A stretch of 64,000 nucleotides of DNA from Callorhinchus milii (taxonomy: Eukaryota). The notes under the pieces were generated by a model that was not told the DNA's origin, ran no database searches, and saw nothing but the letters and a program-made list of their open reading frames with translations. The DNA is taken from positions 64,792,001 to 64,856,000 of the forward strand of contig NW_024704743.1 in assembly GCF_018977255.1 (NCBI RefSeq), read 5' to 3'. Below are positions 28,630-40,742 of the stretch, one piece after another. Position 1 is the stretch's first letter, and each line of letters starts with the position of its first letter. Position numbers and translations under genes: made by a program.

Positions 28630-29409
28630 GTACATAAATAGTTATGAACACTTCGCGGATTTCTGAGTTGTAATCCACAACCCCCAATAAATGTTACTGA
28701 ATGAAGAAGGGATGGCTGGAGGAGTATAAAGAAATTAATTGTCCTTACTTTTGATATCTCCTATTGCCATGGAAACCCACAATTGTGCAAAATTCTAGCA
28801 GACAAATGGTTAAGGGATTTATTTGTTTTGTTTTGCGCTGATTTAGCAGAGTAGAAATATCCGTGAACAACACTAAATGGCGATAGCTCCATCCATCAAG
28901 GAAGCAATCACATATGGGAATATGAGAGGCCCTCCAAATAGGTTGTTAGGAAGTAACAAGAATCATTATAATAATCCTTGAATTTGGTACAACGCCTTTC
29001 ACATCAGTAGGACATGAAATGAGTTTCTCTCAGTATCCTGGCTGACATCAGGATTTACAGGATTTACTGTAAAGTGCAGTGACTGTATTTTGTAGATGAA
29101 CATGGCGGCCGGTTTGCACACAGTAATGTACAACAAACATACAGCCGTGAAGTGGATAACTAATTGTATTTGGGCGACTATTGGCCAAGGACATTGGGAG
29201 AAACTACATTCTCTTTTTAATTAGTTTCACGGGGCCTTTAATGTCCATCTGAACAGGCATCTGAAAGCTCACCACAGGACGTCTCATCCAAAGCACGGCA
29301 CCTGCAACAAAACGGTGCTTCCATAGTACATTTGTATAGCGCTTTTCACGTCGGGACGACCCATATAAGTACAAATTCCAATATAGTGTTTGAACCCATA
29401 ACCCTCTGA

Positions 29410-31220
29410 ATTCACTCCGCGGTCACTTCCCCTCCAACATCCACCCACTCCTCAACCCCTCCCTCCCACACTCTGACTCCTACCCATCCTCCCCTACACA
29501 CTTTCGTACCCGTTTCCCCACCCTCTGTCACCAAACGCATCCTATCCCTGAAACCCACCACCTGCTCCCTTGACCCCATCCCCACTCCACTCCTTATCTC
29601 CCAGCTCCACCTCCTTGCCCCACATATCACAGACATCATCAACCTGTCCCTCTCCTCTGGCTCTGTTCCCATTCCCTTAAAAACTGCCACCGTCACTCCC
29701 ACCTTGAAAAAACACTCCCTTGATGCGTCGCAGCTATCAAGCTACCGGCCCATCTCCAACCTCCCCTTCCTGTCCAAGGTCCTCGAACGAGTTGTCGCCT
29801 CCCAACTGCGCTCTTTCCTCTCCACCCATTCATTATTCGAACCCCTTCAGTCGGGTTTCCGTGCTGCCCATAGCACAGAAACTGCCCTGGTCAAGGTCAC
29901 CAATGACATCCTGACCATCTGTGACCAGGGCTCCCTCTGCCTCCTCGTCCTCCTCGACCTATCAGCAGCATTCGATACGGTCGACCATGCTATCCTCCTC
30001 CACCGCTTGTCCTCCCACCTCAACCTTCAAGGCCCTGTCCTTGAGTGGTTTAGGTCGTACCTCTCCCACCGTCTTCACTTTGTTTCCACGAATGGCTTTT
30101 CCTCCACCCCCCGCACTGTCTCGTGCGGTGTCCCTCAGGGCTCTGTCCTCGGTCCCCTCCTCTTCACCCTCTATATGCTCCCCCTGTGGTGACATCATCC
30201 GCAGACATGGAGTTAACTTCCACATGTATGCGGATGACACCCAACTCTACCTTTCCTCCTCTACCCTCAACTCCACGACCACCGATGTCCTGACAGCTGC
30301 CTGTCCGACATCGAGTCCTGGACGAGAGACAACTTTCTTCAGCTCAACGTGCGCAAAACTGAGGCCCTCCTGATTGGCTCACGTCAGCGCCTCCGCACCT
30401 CAGGCGCTGACACCATCAGCATCCAAGGCTGCACTCTCCACCTCTCAAAGCCAATCAGGAACCTTGGGGTTCTGTTCGACCCTGAGCTGTCCTTTCTCCC
30501 TCACATCCGCACCACAACTGGCACCGCCTTCCATCACCTCCGAAACATCGCCAGACTACGGCACTACCTCACCCCTCACGCTGCTGAAACTCTGGTCCAC
30601 GCCTTTACCACCTCAAGGCTGGACTATGGGAACTCTCTCCTCGCCGGCCTTCCCGGCACCTCCCTCCACAAGCTGCAGGTCATTCAGCACTCAGCTCGTG
30701 TACTGTTCCGCACCAGGCTTCGTGACCACATCACTCCCACCCTCGCTCGCCTCCACTGGCTCCCCATCCCCCAGAGGATCGAATTCAAGATCCTCATCCT
30801 CACCTACAAGGCCATTCACGGCCTTGCTCCCTCCTACCTCTCTGACCTACTATCCCCCTACCTACCTGCCCGTACCCCCCGTTCCTCTGGCTCCGGTCTG
30901 CTCCACATCCCCCGCCCCAAACGCCCTACCATTGGTGGCCGGGCCTTCAGCCTCTCAGCCCCGAGGCTCTGGAACTCCATCCCCCAGTGCCTTCGCCGCC
31001 TCCTCCCTTTCCTCCTTCAAGGCCGGTCTCAAGACCTTTCTCTTTGACCGTGCCTTCAGCTCCTCTCTTGACTCTCTACCCCCTCCTCGATCCCTCCCTT
31101 CCCTCCCCTCACCCTGACCATTTCCCCCCAATGCTCGGGTCCTGACCCAACTGTACAGCGCCTTGGGACGTCCTCCCGACGTGAAAGGCGCTCTATAAAT
31201 GGAATCTTGTTGTTGTTGTT
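29410..31220 (+). mobile_element. Young 5'-truncated L2-clade LINE (RT domain to 3' tail), frameshifted
   Basis: ORFs 29704-30192, 29921-30373 and 30349-31047 give [57 protein letters not shown] and LHWLPIPQRIEFK. Ends in a stem-loop plus (TTG)n tail. Confidence 0.95.
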
Positions 31221-33849
31221 GACTCAGAGGTGACTGTGTCACCAACTGAGCCAGGCTGACCTTAGCAACCTTAGCGTGGAGAAGGTATTTGGCAAGGCTG
31301 GATTTATTAATGAAAACCAAGGATCTAGCTCCTAGAGAATGTGCATGTGCAGTGTCCTTTAACTCTCACACTCCGAAGCCAAGCAACACAAAATCTACAT
31401 CCCCCACCATGTCAATTTTTAAAAATGTTACAGTCAGATACGGTAATTTCAGGCTTTTTTGAAAAGAGAAGGAAACAATGTGAAGTCCTACTGATGGGAA
31501 AATCGATATCCCATAAGGATTATTATTAATATAAAATCGTAAAGCCTGTTAATGTACAGAGCATATGAAATATTTTTGGTGATAAACAATGATAGATCAT
31601 AATACATAGTTAGGCAATGCTAAAAGGTACGCTATAGTATAGTTCAAAAAGCCTTGATCACATTTCAATATCATGCAATATTGTGAGACCTTCGGTACTT
31701 TAAGACATTGTGACATACTCAAAGACATGATTAGAGAGAAAGGTGAAATCAGAAGACAGAATATAGCTGCCATTATAAATGTAGACATGTGACAGATTTC
31801 ACGTGTATAAAAGTCCAGTAACGGATGGGTGAGAAGGGGCATTTAATAATAATAACAACACTTGCATTTGAAATAGTATTTAATCACATCATTGAGACAC
31901 CACAAAGCATGTCACAAGATGTTATTACAAAGTGTAGTGACTGTGTATATGTAGGCAAATGCAGCAGCCAATTTGCCCACAGCATTGTCCCACAAACAGC
32001 CATGAAGTGAATGGCCAATTTGTCCATTTCAGTAATGTACAGTGTAGTGTGTAAGTGTTAGCCCCCATGGGATGATATTGCAGGGAGTCCCTTCAGGATC
32101 GACTCTTATTTACATGAATGTGCAATAGCCTTTTCAAAACATAGTTCTGTTGATTTGTTCCTTATGAACACAATCATAGCTTCAGCTGGGCTGGAAAAAA
32201 GTACAACTCCTGCCACCTGCCCAAGCTGACCAGAGCACCTGCCTCTGCTCATACAGAAATGTTGAGCTGCTTGATGCAGTAGGTGATGGTATCAGGGTGT
32301 TAAAAGAGGGGAACAAAGCTGCCCAAGTCACCATCTGACCCGTGAAAGTTGTCACACTTAAGAGGGTCAGCAACAATAAACTGATATCCTGGTGGATAAG
32401 TGCCATTTCCAACAGTAGCACCTTGATCAGCCTGCAGATGTTGAAGTACATTCAGCCTCACTCCACATGTCCAACATAACACGGGACAAGTCAGGACAGG
32501 AGTTGCAATAAATTGTTTTCATCCAGCAAACTTGCACTCAGTTTTCAGATCCCATGCTTGCAGTTATTGTATCCATAAAATATAGTTAACGATAAAATAT
32601 GGACAAACAAGATCTGAGGGAGGGATGGGCCTGTCATAGTGTCGGACAGCAGTTGTTCGAATTGCAACTTTTGTAATATAGATTTTTTCAAAACCTCGGC
32701 TGCCATTTCATCTATTTCAGCTTGCCATCTCAAAGTTCTTTTTCCTTTTGTATCGGTAGAGTTTCACATGAATTCCAGGCGTATGGTTAAGATTGGGGGA
32801 TCTCGGTTTAACTTCTCATCCAAAAGGCTGCACCTCCGACAATGCATCGCACCCGCACACTGCAATGGTACTGGCATGTGCATCTGCAGTGTTGTCCTCG
32901 AAGAGACGTGCATTTATGGAAATGTTGGAAACCGTACTTTCAGTCTTAAACCACTTCCTGTCCTGCCTTGTCCCAGTTTATGTTGGACATGAGGCTGACT
33001 GTACCTCATCGTGCACCTATTGTGAATTCTGTCAAAAGTGATAAGTTTAGCCCATCTTAGAAGTTATGATTTGTGATTGTTTTATGGATTAGCCGTAAAA
33101 ACAAGACTTGCTTGAGTAAAAGGGTCATAATTTGGATATTGTTTTTCCACCTGAAAAGTACATCACAGAATAAAAGGCACACATGTACTCACCAAATTCA
33201 GCCTATTGTCCCTCTACTGTCACAAGGGAATTTTGAGTCTAATGTTGGGTGTCTGCTTACATCTTGTGCTGCTCCAGTGACGTAGATACAGAGGTAAAGG
33301 TGTCCAGGAGTAGTGGCATTCATGTCTTGGAGACTGAAAGGTGACTGTGGAAGCAGCCAAGGTGGATGGGAAATACCTATAACAACAACAAATTATACTT
33401 GTATAGTGCCTTTCACGTCGGGAGGACACAGTAACAGCAGTATATGTAACGTAACAGCATGGAAATGTGCTTTTAAAACTAAGATATGCCCTTGCAGGTT
33501 GGAGATATCTTGTTGAAATTGTTAAACAGCAGCAAGGTAACATTTGAGGCCATGCTCACTGTGAATTCTTGATCGTTTGGGAGAAGGCAGTCCACTAAAT
33601 TAAGGTCATCTCAACTGCTCTTGGTAGTGGTTAGATTTACAGCTACAAGAGCACATTACATGCTTACTCCATTGACCGGTGAATGATGTTAGTAAAGAGA
33701 GAGGGGATAAAGTAACAGAATCTGAAAGGTAACGTGTGCAAGTCAAGCTTCTTGCACTCTTGCAGAGCTGCCTTTTTTTATCACGTAATGCAAATAGTCT
33801 GAATGAAAATATAGTTGAAGCCCAGGAACTAAATGTGAACAAAGTTCAA

Positions 33850-34485
33850 GCTGACACTCCAATGCAGGGCTGGTAGGGAAGTTGCACTATTGGAGGAGCG
33901 GTCCTTTGGATGAGGCATTAAACCAAGGTCCCCGTTAAAGATTCCATGGCACTATTCAAAAAGAGAAGGGAGTTTTTCCCAGTGTCCTGGGCAACAAAGC
34001 CCCACCACCCAAAAAAATATTGCTTTCAATTTTTAAAAAAAGGTCATTTATTTTGTGGCTGTTTGTGGGACAGTGCTGTTTGTGGAGTCCTGTAACTCAG
34101 TGGTTAGAGCACTCGCCTCACAAGCGAGAGACCTGGGTTTGATTCCTGGCAGGCCAAAATGTTAGGTACGTTTCCTTACTTTCAATTTGCAGTGCTGTTT
34201 GTGGAGTCCTGTAGCTCAGTGGTTAAACCTAAGTTCAATTCCAGGCAGGGCGAAACCTTGGGCAAGTTTCCTTACTCCACACAGAGCCTAATAATAATCC
34301 CTCCAAAAAACCAAAAACAATAATAAATTGGTCATTTTCAATCTACGACTGTTTGTGGGACATTGCTGTGCGCAATTGGCTGCCGCGTTCGCCCACAAAT
34401 ATACAGTCAATTCACTTTACAGTGTGTTCTGTGAAGCGCTTTGGGACGTCCTCCCGACGTGAAAAGCACTATATCAAATGCAAGG

Positions 34486-34516
<31 letters not shown>

Positions 34517-34812
34517 TATTCCACACGTCTCTGTTTACCTATCAATAAATAGGAACACGGATGTTAGTCGATTGGCGAATAACTTTTCCACCTTCAAAAT
34601 TCCTTCAAAAAAAATAATAATAAATTGGTCACTTCATTCCACTCCTGTTTGAGGAACGCTGCTGTGCACAATTGGCTGCTGCGTTTTGCACATAAAATAC
34701 ACAGTCAATTCACTTTACAGTATATTCTGTGAAGCGCTTTGAGACGTCTAGAAGACATGATAAGGCGCTATATCAAATACAAGGATTGTTGTTGTTATTA
34801 TGATTATTATTA
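33850..34812 (+). mobile_element. Nested SINE cluster: Deu-type SINE body, older long-form tRNA SINE, young short-form SINE
   Basis: Deu-type body at about 33850-34075; tRNA head 34082-34180; young copy 34202-34520 with (TTA)n; long-form body resumes 34521-34812. Confidence 0.85.
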
Positions 34813-35893
34813 TTCTATAGACAAATAGCTATCATCTAAAAATGCTCTGTTACAGTTCAGGCTTGAAGCTTTAATTCCAAGCCATGAACTGATCTGAAGC
34901 CCATCATGGAGAGGTCACAAGGATCACTCACTTTACACACTTTCCTTAGAAATGCTGTAAAGAGCTTTGTCTTTATAGAGCAGTTTGACCTATAATCAAA
35001 AGCATGTGTAGATGAGGACCTTACAACACTTGAACAGAATGCCTTTAACATAGGATGAATAATTCAATGCACTTCACAAAGATGATGGCGATCATGATCA
35101 GGGAGGCAAGAAGGAGGACTTTGAGGGTGCTAATCAAACACACGGTCAAAGAGATTAGTTATTAACACAGTAATGAAAGAAGTAGAAGGCGCAAGACAAA
35201 GGGATTTTGGGAGCGAGCCATAGCGGATTCAAATCCATCCCTTTGAAATCTTCTTAAAACTTATTCTCCTCTCCATACCCTCCTTTATTCTGACTCTAGG
35301 CTCAATTCTGACTCTAGGATTGATTCTGACATTCCATTGCCAAGCACCTTGGAGCCAGTTCATCACCAAGGAGACCCGCTTATCTACCCCACTTCCCCCT
35401 CCAAGAAGGATAGTCACTAGTTAGTCATTTGACATCCGACAGGCACAGGTTTGAGTCCTGACTAAGTGGATGGTAGGTACCAAGAACTCTATGAGCTTCC
35501 TGGTCAGCTGTGCAGCTCAGCATGAAATTACCTTTACTGATGATGTGCTTTGACTGGTACCATAACCAATACATTTTAACACTGTAGACTCCCAGCTAAT
35601 TATAATACAGTAGTAGCAATAATTCTACAGAGACAACTCAAAAATTACTTCACTAATGCTGTAGTTACCTGGACAAGCAAGATTAGTTATGGTAAACGGT
35701 GCACAAATCCACTCATTAATAGGAACGTCTAGGTAAGGAGCTACCAGTTGGATTAAGAAAACCAAAGCAGTGGAACTGATGGACTAATTAGAATAATTAG
35801 CATTGAAACTGACAGATTAGTTTGAGCGTCAGTCACTACTAGCTTCACCTCACTATTTCTCAATGGATTTGCTTTTTTCTTTTTTTTATATAG

Positions 35894-36025
35894 TGAAAGA
35901 AGAAAGCAAACCACATGAACTAACTGAAGGAGTGGGCAAGATGGGATCAGAGAGAGCTATGGTACTGGACAGACTAGCAAGTAATGTTGCCAAGCGCAAA
36001 AGTTCAATGCCACAGAAGTTTGTTG
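35894..36025 (+). CDS. IKZF1: Ikaros coding exon equivalent to human exon 7
   Basis: Long T tract + tatatag acceptor, G|gtaagc donor; 132 nt. Encodes [44 protein letters not shown]. Confidence 0.94.
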
Positions 36026-37035
36026 GTAAGCATGACATGTTTGTTCACAGTAACCTTTCGTCTACTGTTTGTGGCATTCAAGATGCTGTGCAGCATTGTT
36101 TGTTTGTACCAATGAAAGTGTCTATTAGAACATATAAATACCAGTTCTATTTGGCAACATCATACCACTGAGTTTTATTCTTCAATTTGAGTTTCTGAAT
36201 AAAATGCTAACAATCTTTATTTCAAAATGCTTTAGGTAGCTCTTTAAGGCTTTAAAACACTTTTGGGGCTTTTTTACTTGTTGTTAGAAGCAAAATATGC
36301 TGACACTTATCTTAGTAAATATCCCGTGAGCAAGGAGAACCACATAGGAAAATGCTTTGTGAAAAGGGAGCAGCAAAACAGGAAGAGAGTCTAAATGGGG
36401 AAGGATATGTTATAAAATAGTAATAGGGGAGAAAACACACCAACAAAACTGGAATACATTTAAAAAGGGAATCTCAACATTAGCTAGATTAAAGAACCCC
36501 TTTTTAAAAATCAGGCATTTATATAATATTAGCTGTAGCCATTGCAGCTTCGCTTGCAACCAAAGGATCCATTATGGAAGGTAGATTGACACACAGACAG
36601 ACATTTCATCTTTATCTATACTCATATGGGAAGACTCCTGTCTGAGGACTCCTTTTGGGAGGAGTGAATAGGAGGACTTGGCGCTTTAAAAATGTAATTT
36701 TGTTGTTGTTGCAGCGGCTTAGCTTCGTCTGTGTTCTTTATTTTGTTCCCGCTGCCGCTTGGCTACGTGCATGTTCTGTGACGCAGGATGCCACAGTGCC
36801 ACGGTCACCAGGTGTAACTACAGTGTGTACATACATACGTAGGTGCTCTGTGACGCACGATGCCACAGCGCCACTTTGACTCGGCGGCCACCAGGTATAA
36901 CTCCAGCGAAAAACGCAAAACGGAAAATAACTCATGAACGATAGGAGATACCTGAAAACAAATATGCCCATGTCATTCGCAGGTGCAAGACCGTTGGGAA
37001 TGGGAGCCAAGTGGTGTAGGGAGGGGAAACCATAG

Positions 37036-37280
37036 TCAAAATAGTTTGTTTTGAGACATGCCTTGAAAGAGGAGAGGGAGTGAGGCTAAGGGACTCTGAG
37101 GTGGAGTTTCAGAGATTGGGAGCAGAATCACTGATGGTGGGGCAAATAATGTAGGGAACATTAAGAGACTGGTGGTCACCGAGCAAAAGGAGCAGCTGGG
37201 TCGGTAGAGTTGAAAGAGGTCGCAGTGGTAGGGAGGGACGAGACTATGGAGGATTCTAAAGGTGAGAACTTGATCCATTA
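37036..37280 (-). mobile_element. Very degenerate L2 3' fragment
   Basis: ORF 37036-37278 (QVLTFRILHSLVPPYHCDLFQLYRPSCSF) resembles the L2 C-terminus. Confidence 0.55.
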
Positions 37281-38206
37281 GGGGACGGAGAGCTGTTCAG
37301 GGTAGAATCTGAATCACCATTACGTTTAGAGCCATACCACGATAGGAAGAGTGATAGACAATGACTAGTCCTTAGGCTTGAAAGTGGAGATGAAAAGGCA
37401 TTTCTCGATGGGCGAAATACCTTTTTCTTGTTCTTCTTTTATGGTCAACAAAATAGAACTTTTTCATATTGCATAACCTGCATATTTATTATTATTATGA
37501 TTATTATGATGATGATCTGTTTAATTGCCTAAATCACACAATAACACAATCCTGAGCCAATAATCAAGAAAGCGGTACATTATTTTTGAGATAATTTAGT
37601 ATATAACTAAGGCTTGCATTTTTGCTAAAGGAGCTGTCTCATCATTATGGTCCAGTCCAAACAAGGCTTCATCTAGTGACAGAATAAATGGAAACAACAA
37701 CAACAACTTACATTTATATAGCGCCCTTCACAACGGGCACTGTCTTGTAGCATTTAAACACTGGATATGTAAAACACTATAACTGGTGCAAACTTGGGTC
37801 TTCAGTTTCCAAAGACTGAAAAAGACATGAATAGAAGCAAGTTAGTTATCATGAAAGGAAAGTAGTATTTGTATGAAGTCGTAGAGGTAGGGAGGGGTGA
37901 TGCCGAGGAAGAATTTAAAGATGAGAACAACTATCTTGAACTCAATCCGCTGAGGGATGGGAAACTATAGCCACTTACCAGCTGGTCCATATCTGAGCTG
38001 ATCATATACCCTTCAATTGGTAAATCTCCACAACACAGATCCCAAAATGTGTGTCCCCTCCTCATTGCCACACACAAACATGAGTACAAACAAGTGAATG
38101 AATTGTAAAATATGCTACTTAAGTGTTAAAGCAATGTCTATCAATGAGGACATAATGGAGTCAATCAAATTCTATTTAAGGGAGTCTTAGCCTGACAGCC
38201 TGACAG

Positions 38207-38534
38207 TGGAGTCCTGTAGCTCAGTGGTTAGAGCACTCGCTTTGCAAGTGAGAGACCTGGGTTCAATTCCAGGCAGAGGGCGAAACCTTGGGCAAGTTTC
38301 CTTACTCCACACAGAGCCTAATAATAATCCCTCCAAAACAAAACAATAATAAATTGGTCATTTTCAATCTACGACTGTTTGTGGGACATTGCTGTGCGCA
38401 ATTGGCTGCCGCGTTCGCCCACAAATATACAGTCAATTCACTTTACAGTCTATTCTGTGAAGCGCTTTGGGACGTCCTCCCGACGTGAAAAGCGCTATAT
38501 CAAATGCAAGGATTATTATTATTATTATTATTAT
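38207..38534 (+). mobile_element. Young full-length tRNA-derived SINE with probable TSD
   Basis: Full head, (TTA)n tail; cagcctgacagt at 38196-38207 and 38541-38552. Confidence 0.93.
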
Positions 38535-39311
38535 AGTGGTCAGCCTGACAGTAAAACCATGCTTTTACATCCATAGTGGAGGAAAATGCACCAATTTTAA
38601 TCTTGAAAAGGGATTTGGATAGCAAAGTGAATTAGACAGAATTAATAGACATTTTCTCATTTCTGCATTGCTTTGCTTATTCCATTTGAATTAATATTCA
38701 TGATATTCTTGTGATGATTGTCACTTGTGAGTAACAAGGTCTCCCTCAGTCATAGAATAAACAAGGCAATTCCCAGTTCTACAATGTGAACCCGCAGTTA
38801 ATATATTGTTCAACCATCGAGGTAATTATGGCTGGTAGACTTCATTACTGCCTAGAATGGAATGGAGAGTTCAAAGCTTTTTTAGACTTTAATGTCAGAA
38901 ATTATGAAGTAATAATAATAATAATCCTTGCATTTGATATAGCACTTTTCACATCTTCTAGACGTCTCAAAGCCCTTCACAGAATATACTGTAAAGTGAA
39001 TTGACTGTGTATTTGTGGGCGAAACGCGGTAGCCAATTGCGCACAGCAGTGTCCCACAAACAGTCGTGGATTTATTAATTTATTAATGTTAAGCAAGTTG
39101 CACTGAATGTAGATTCGGGATACATACACAAGCAGAGTTATGCAATTGGACCATAATACCACAGAGCAGATAGTACAACAATTAGCATTTCTATAGAATC
39201 CTTCACCCAGAGCAGCATCTTGTTCACAGTAACCCTGTGAGTACTGATATCCTCAGTCAGTGTAGAGCACCCTTTTATCATAAAGCCTTTGCAGAACTGT
39301 GTCAATGAGAT

Positions 39312-39371
39312 AATAACAAGAAAAATAATCCAATAACAAGAAAATTAATCCAATAACAAGAAAAAGAATCC
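39312..39371. repeat. Three tandem copies of a 20-nt unit aataacaagaaaaataatcc
   Basis: Directly visible, one mismatch per unit. Confidence 0.9.
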
Positions 39372-40742
39372 ATGTGTGTAAAACATGATGAACTAAAATT
39401 ATCCAACATAGCAGTTGCCAACTTCTCTTCTTATTGTGACATGTAACTAGTATTGTTTGTTTAGTTATTTTCCATGTTACAGTAGTTCTTAATTGCTAAA
39501 AAAAGGTACTTATTTTCAGATAATTAAATTTAAGGATTCTTATAATTTTATATAATTTATTTTCACAACACAACTGTATTGTCAGGTGGCAAGTAAAGGG
39601 AAGTGCAGCTACCTTATTATCTTAAAGTTTAATATTTTGAGTGGTGCGGCTCTAATATCTGACATATCTAGAAAATAAAGAACAGCATCTGTATCAATGT
39701 GACAGGGTGTGAAAACAACTTTGGGCTAAATATTCTTGTGCATGAATAGTCAGGAGAGCCTACTAATAAGTGATGCAACTGTACCACAAAACCATAGAAA
39801 TTTATGGCACAGAAGGCCATTCGGTCCATCGTGTCTATGCCAGTTCCCTCAACAGCAACCCTTTCAGTCCCACTTACCTACCCTTTCCCTATTCCCCTTG
39901 TATCTGATTCTTGAAAGGGTTGTTTTGCAAAGTTTTGAGTTAAGGCACATTATATTTCCAGTGTGATGGGAATTACAACATATTCCTTATTGTATCTAGG
40001 CTATTCCTGAAGTGGGAGTTTTGATGCTGAAACTAGGCATTCATAAAGGATTCATAGATAGTGCAGCTCAGAAAAAGGCCATTTGACCCATCCAGTCTGG
40101 CTGGGGTTTATACTCCATGCAAGTGCCTATCCTAGATCCTAGACCTAGTCCCATATCCTGGCTTTCTCCCATATTCCTCAACTTTATTCTTTTAACCATG
40201 TGTCCAGTCTTTTTCTGAATGTGGATATGGTTGCTACCCCAAGACCTGAATGTGTCAGAGAATTCCACATTCCTACCATTGATCTAACACAGCATTCACC
40301 GAAAATTTGGGAAGATGATGGGGGGAAAAACACCTGGATATGTGCAATGCTCATGTTGATCTGATTTTCATTTGCCAGGAATCTATATGTACTATTGTAT
40401 AAAGTAAGCCAGTATAGCGTTCTTTTGGTAAATGTATAATAAGTTATATTTTCAGAGGAGCCTACAAAGATCGCCAGTGATTATTAAAAAATTTAATTAT
40501 TCTCACTAAATGTAAAGATGTATCTCAGCATTTTTTTATCGTAGTTATCTAAATAATACTGAAGGGATAATATTGTTAGTGTTCTTTATTGGTAATATTG
40601 ACTCTTTAATAAGCCAAGAAAGTGCTTTATGGTCTAGGCAAGTTTTACAGCTGCACTTTCCTTGAATTTATATGACAAAAAGTCATTTATCCAGTCTCTG
40701 TGAAATAATATTGTATTGGTTGTTCGTCTGCTAATCACACAG

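Noticed and set aside
29704..31117. Long ORFs as a host reverse-transcriptase gene
   Set aside because: 5'-truncated, frameshifted twice, multi-copy, and ending in a LINE tail; the S/P-rich alternative frames reflect C-rich composition.
34353..34652. Recurrent short ORF MWDIAVRNWLPRSPTNIQSIHF... (also 38379, 47114) as a peptide family
   Set aside because: Translation of the SINE body from non-ATG starts, with poly-Tyr from the (TAT)n tail; no evidence of coding function.
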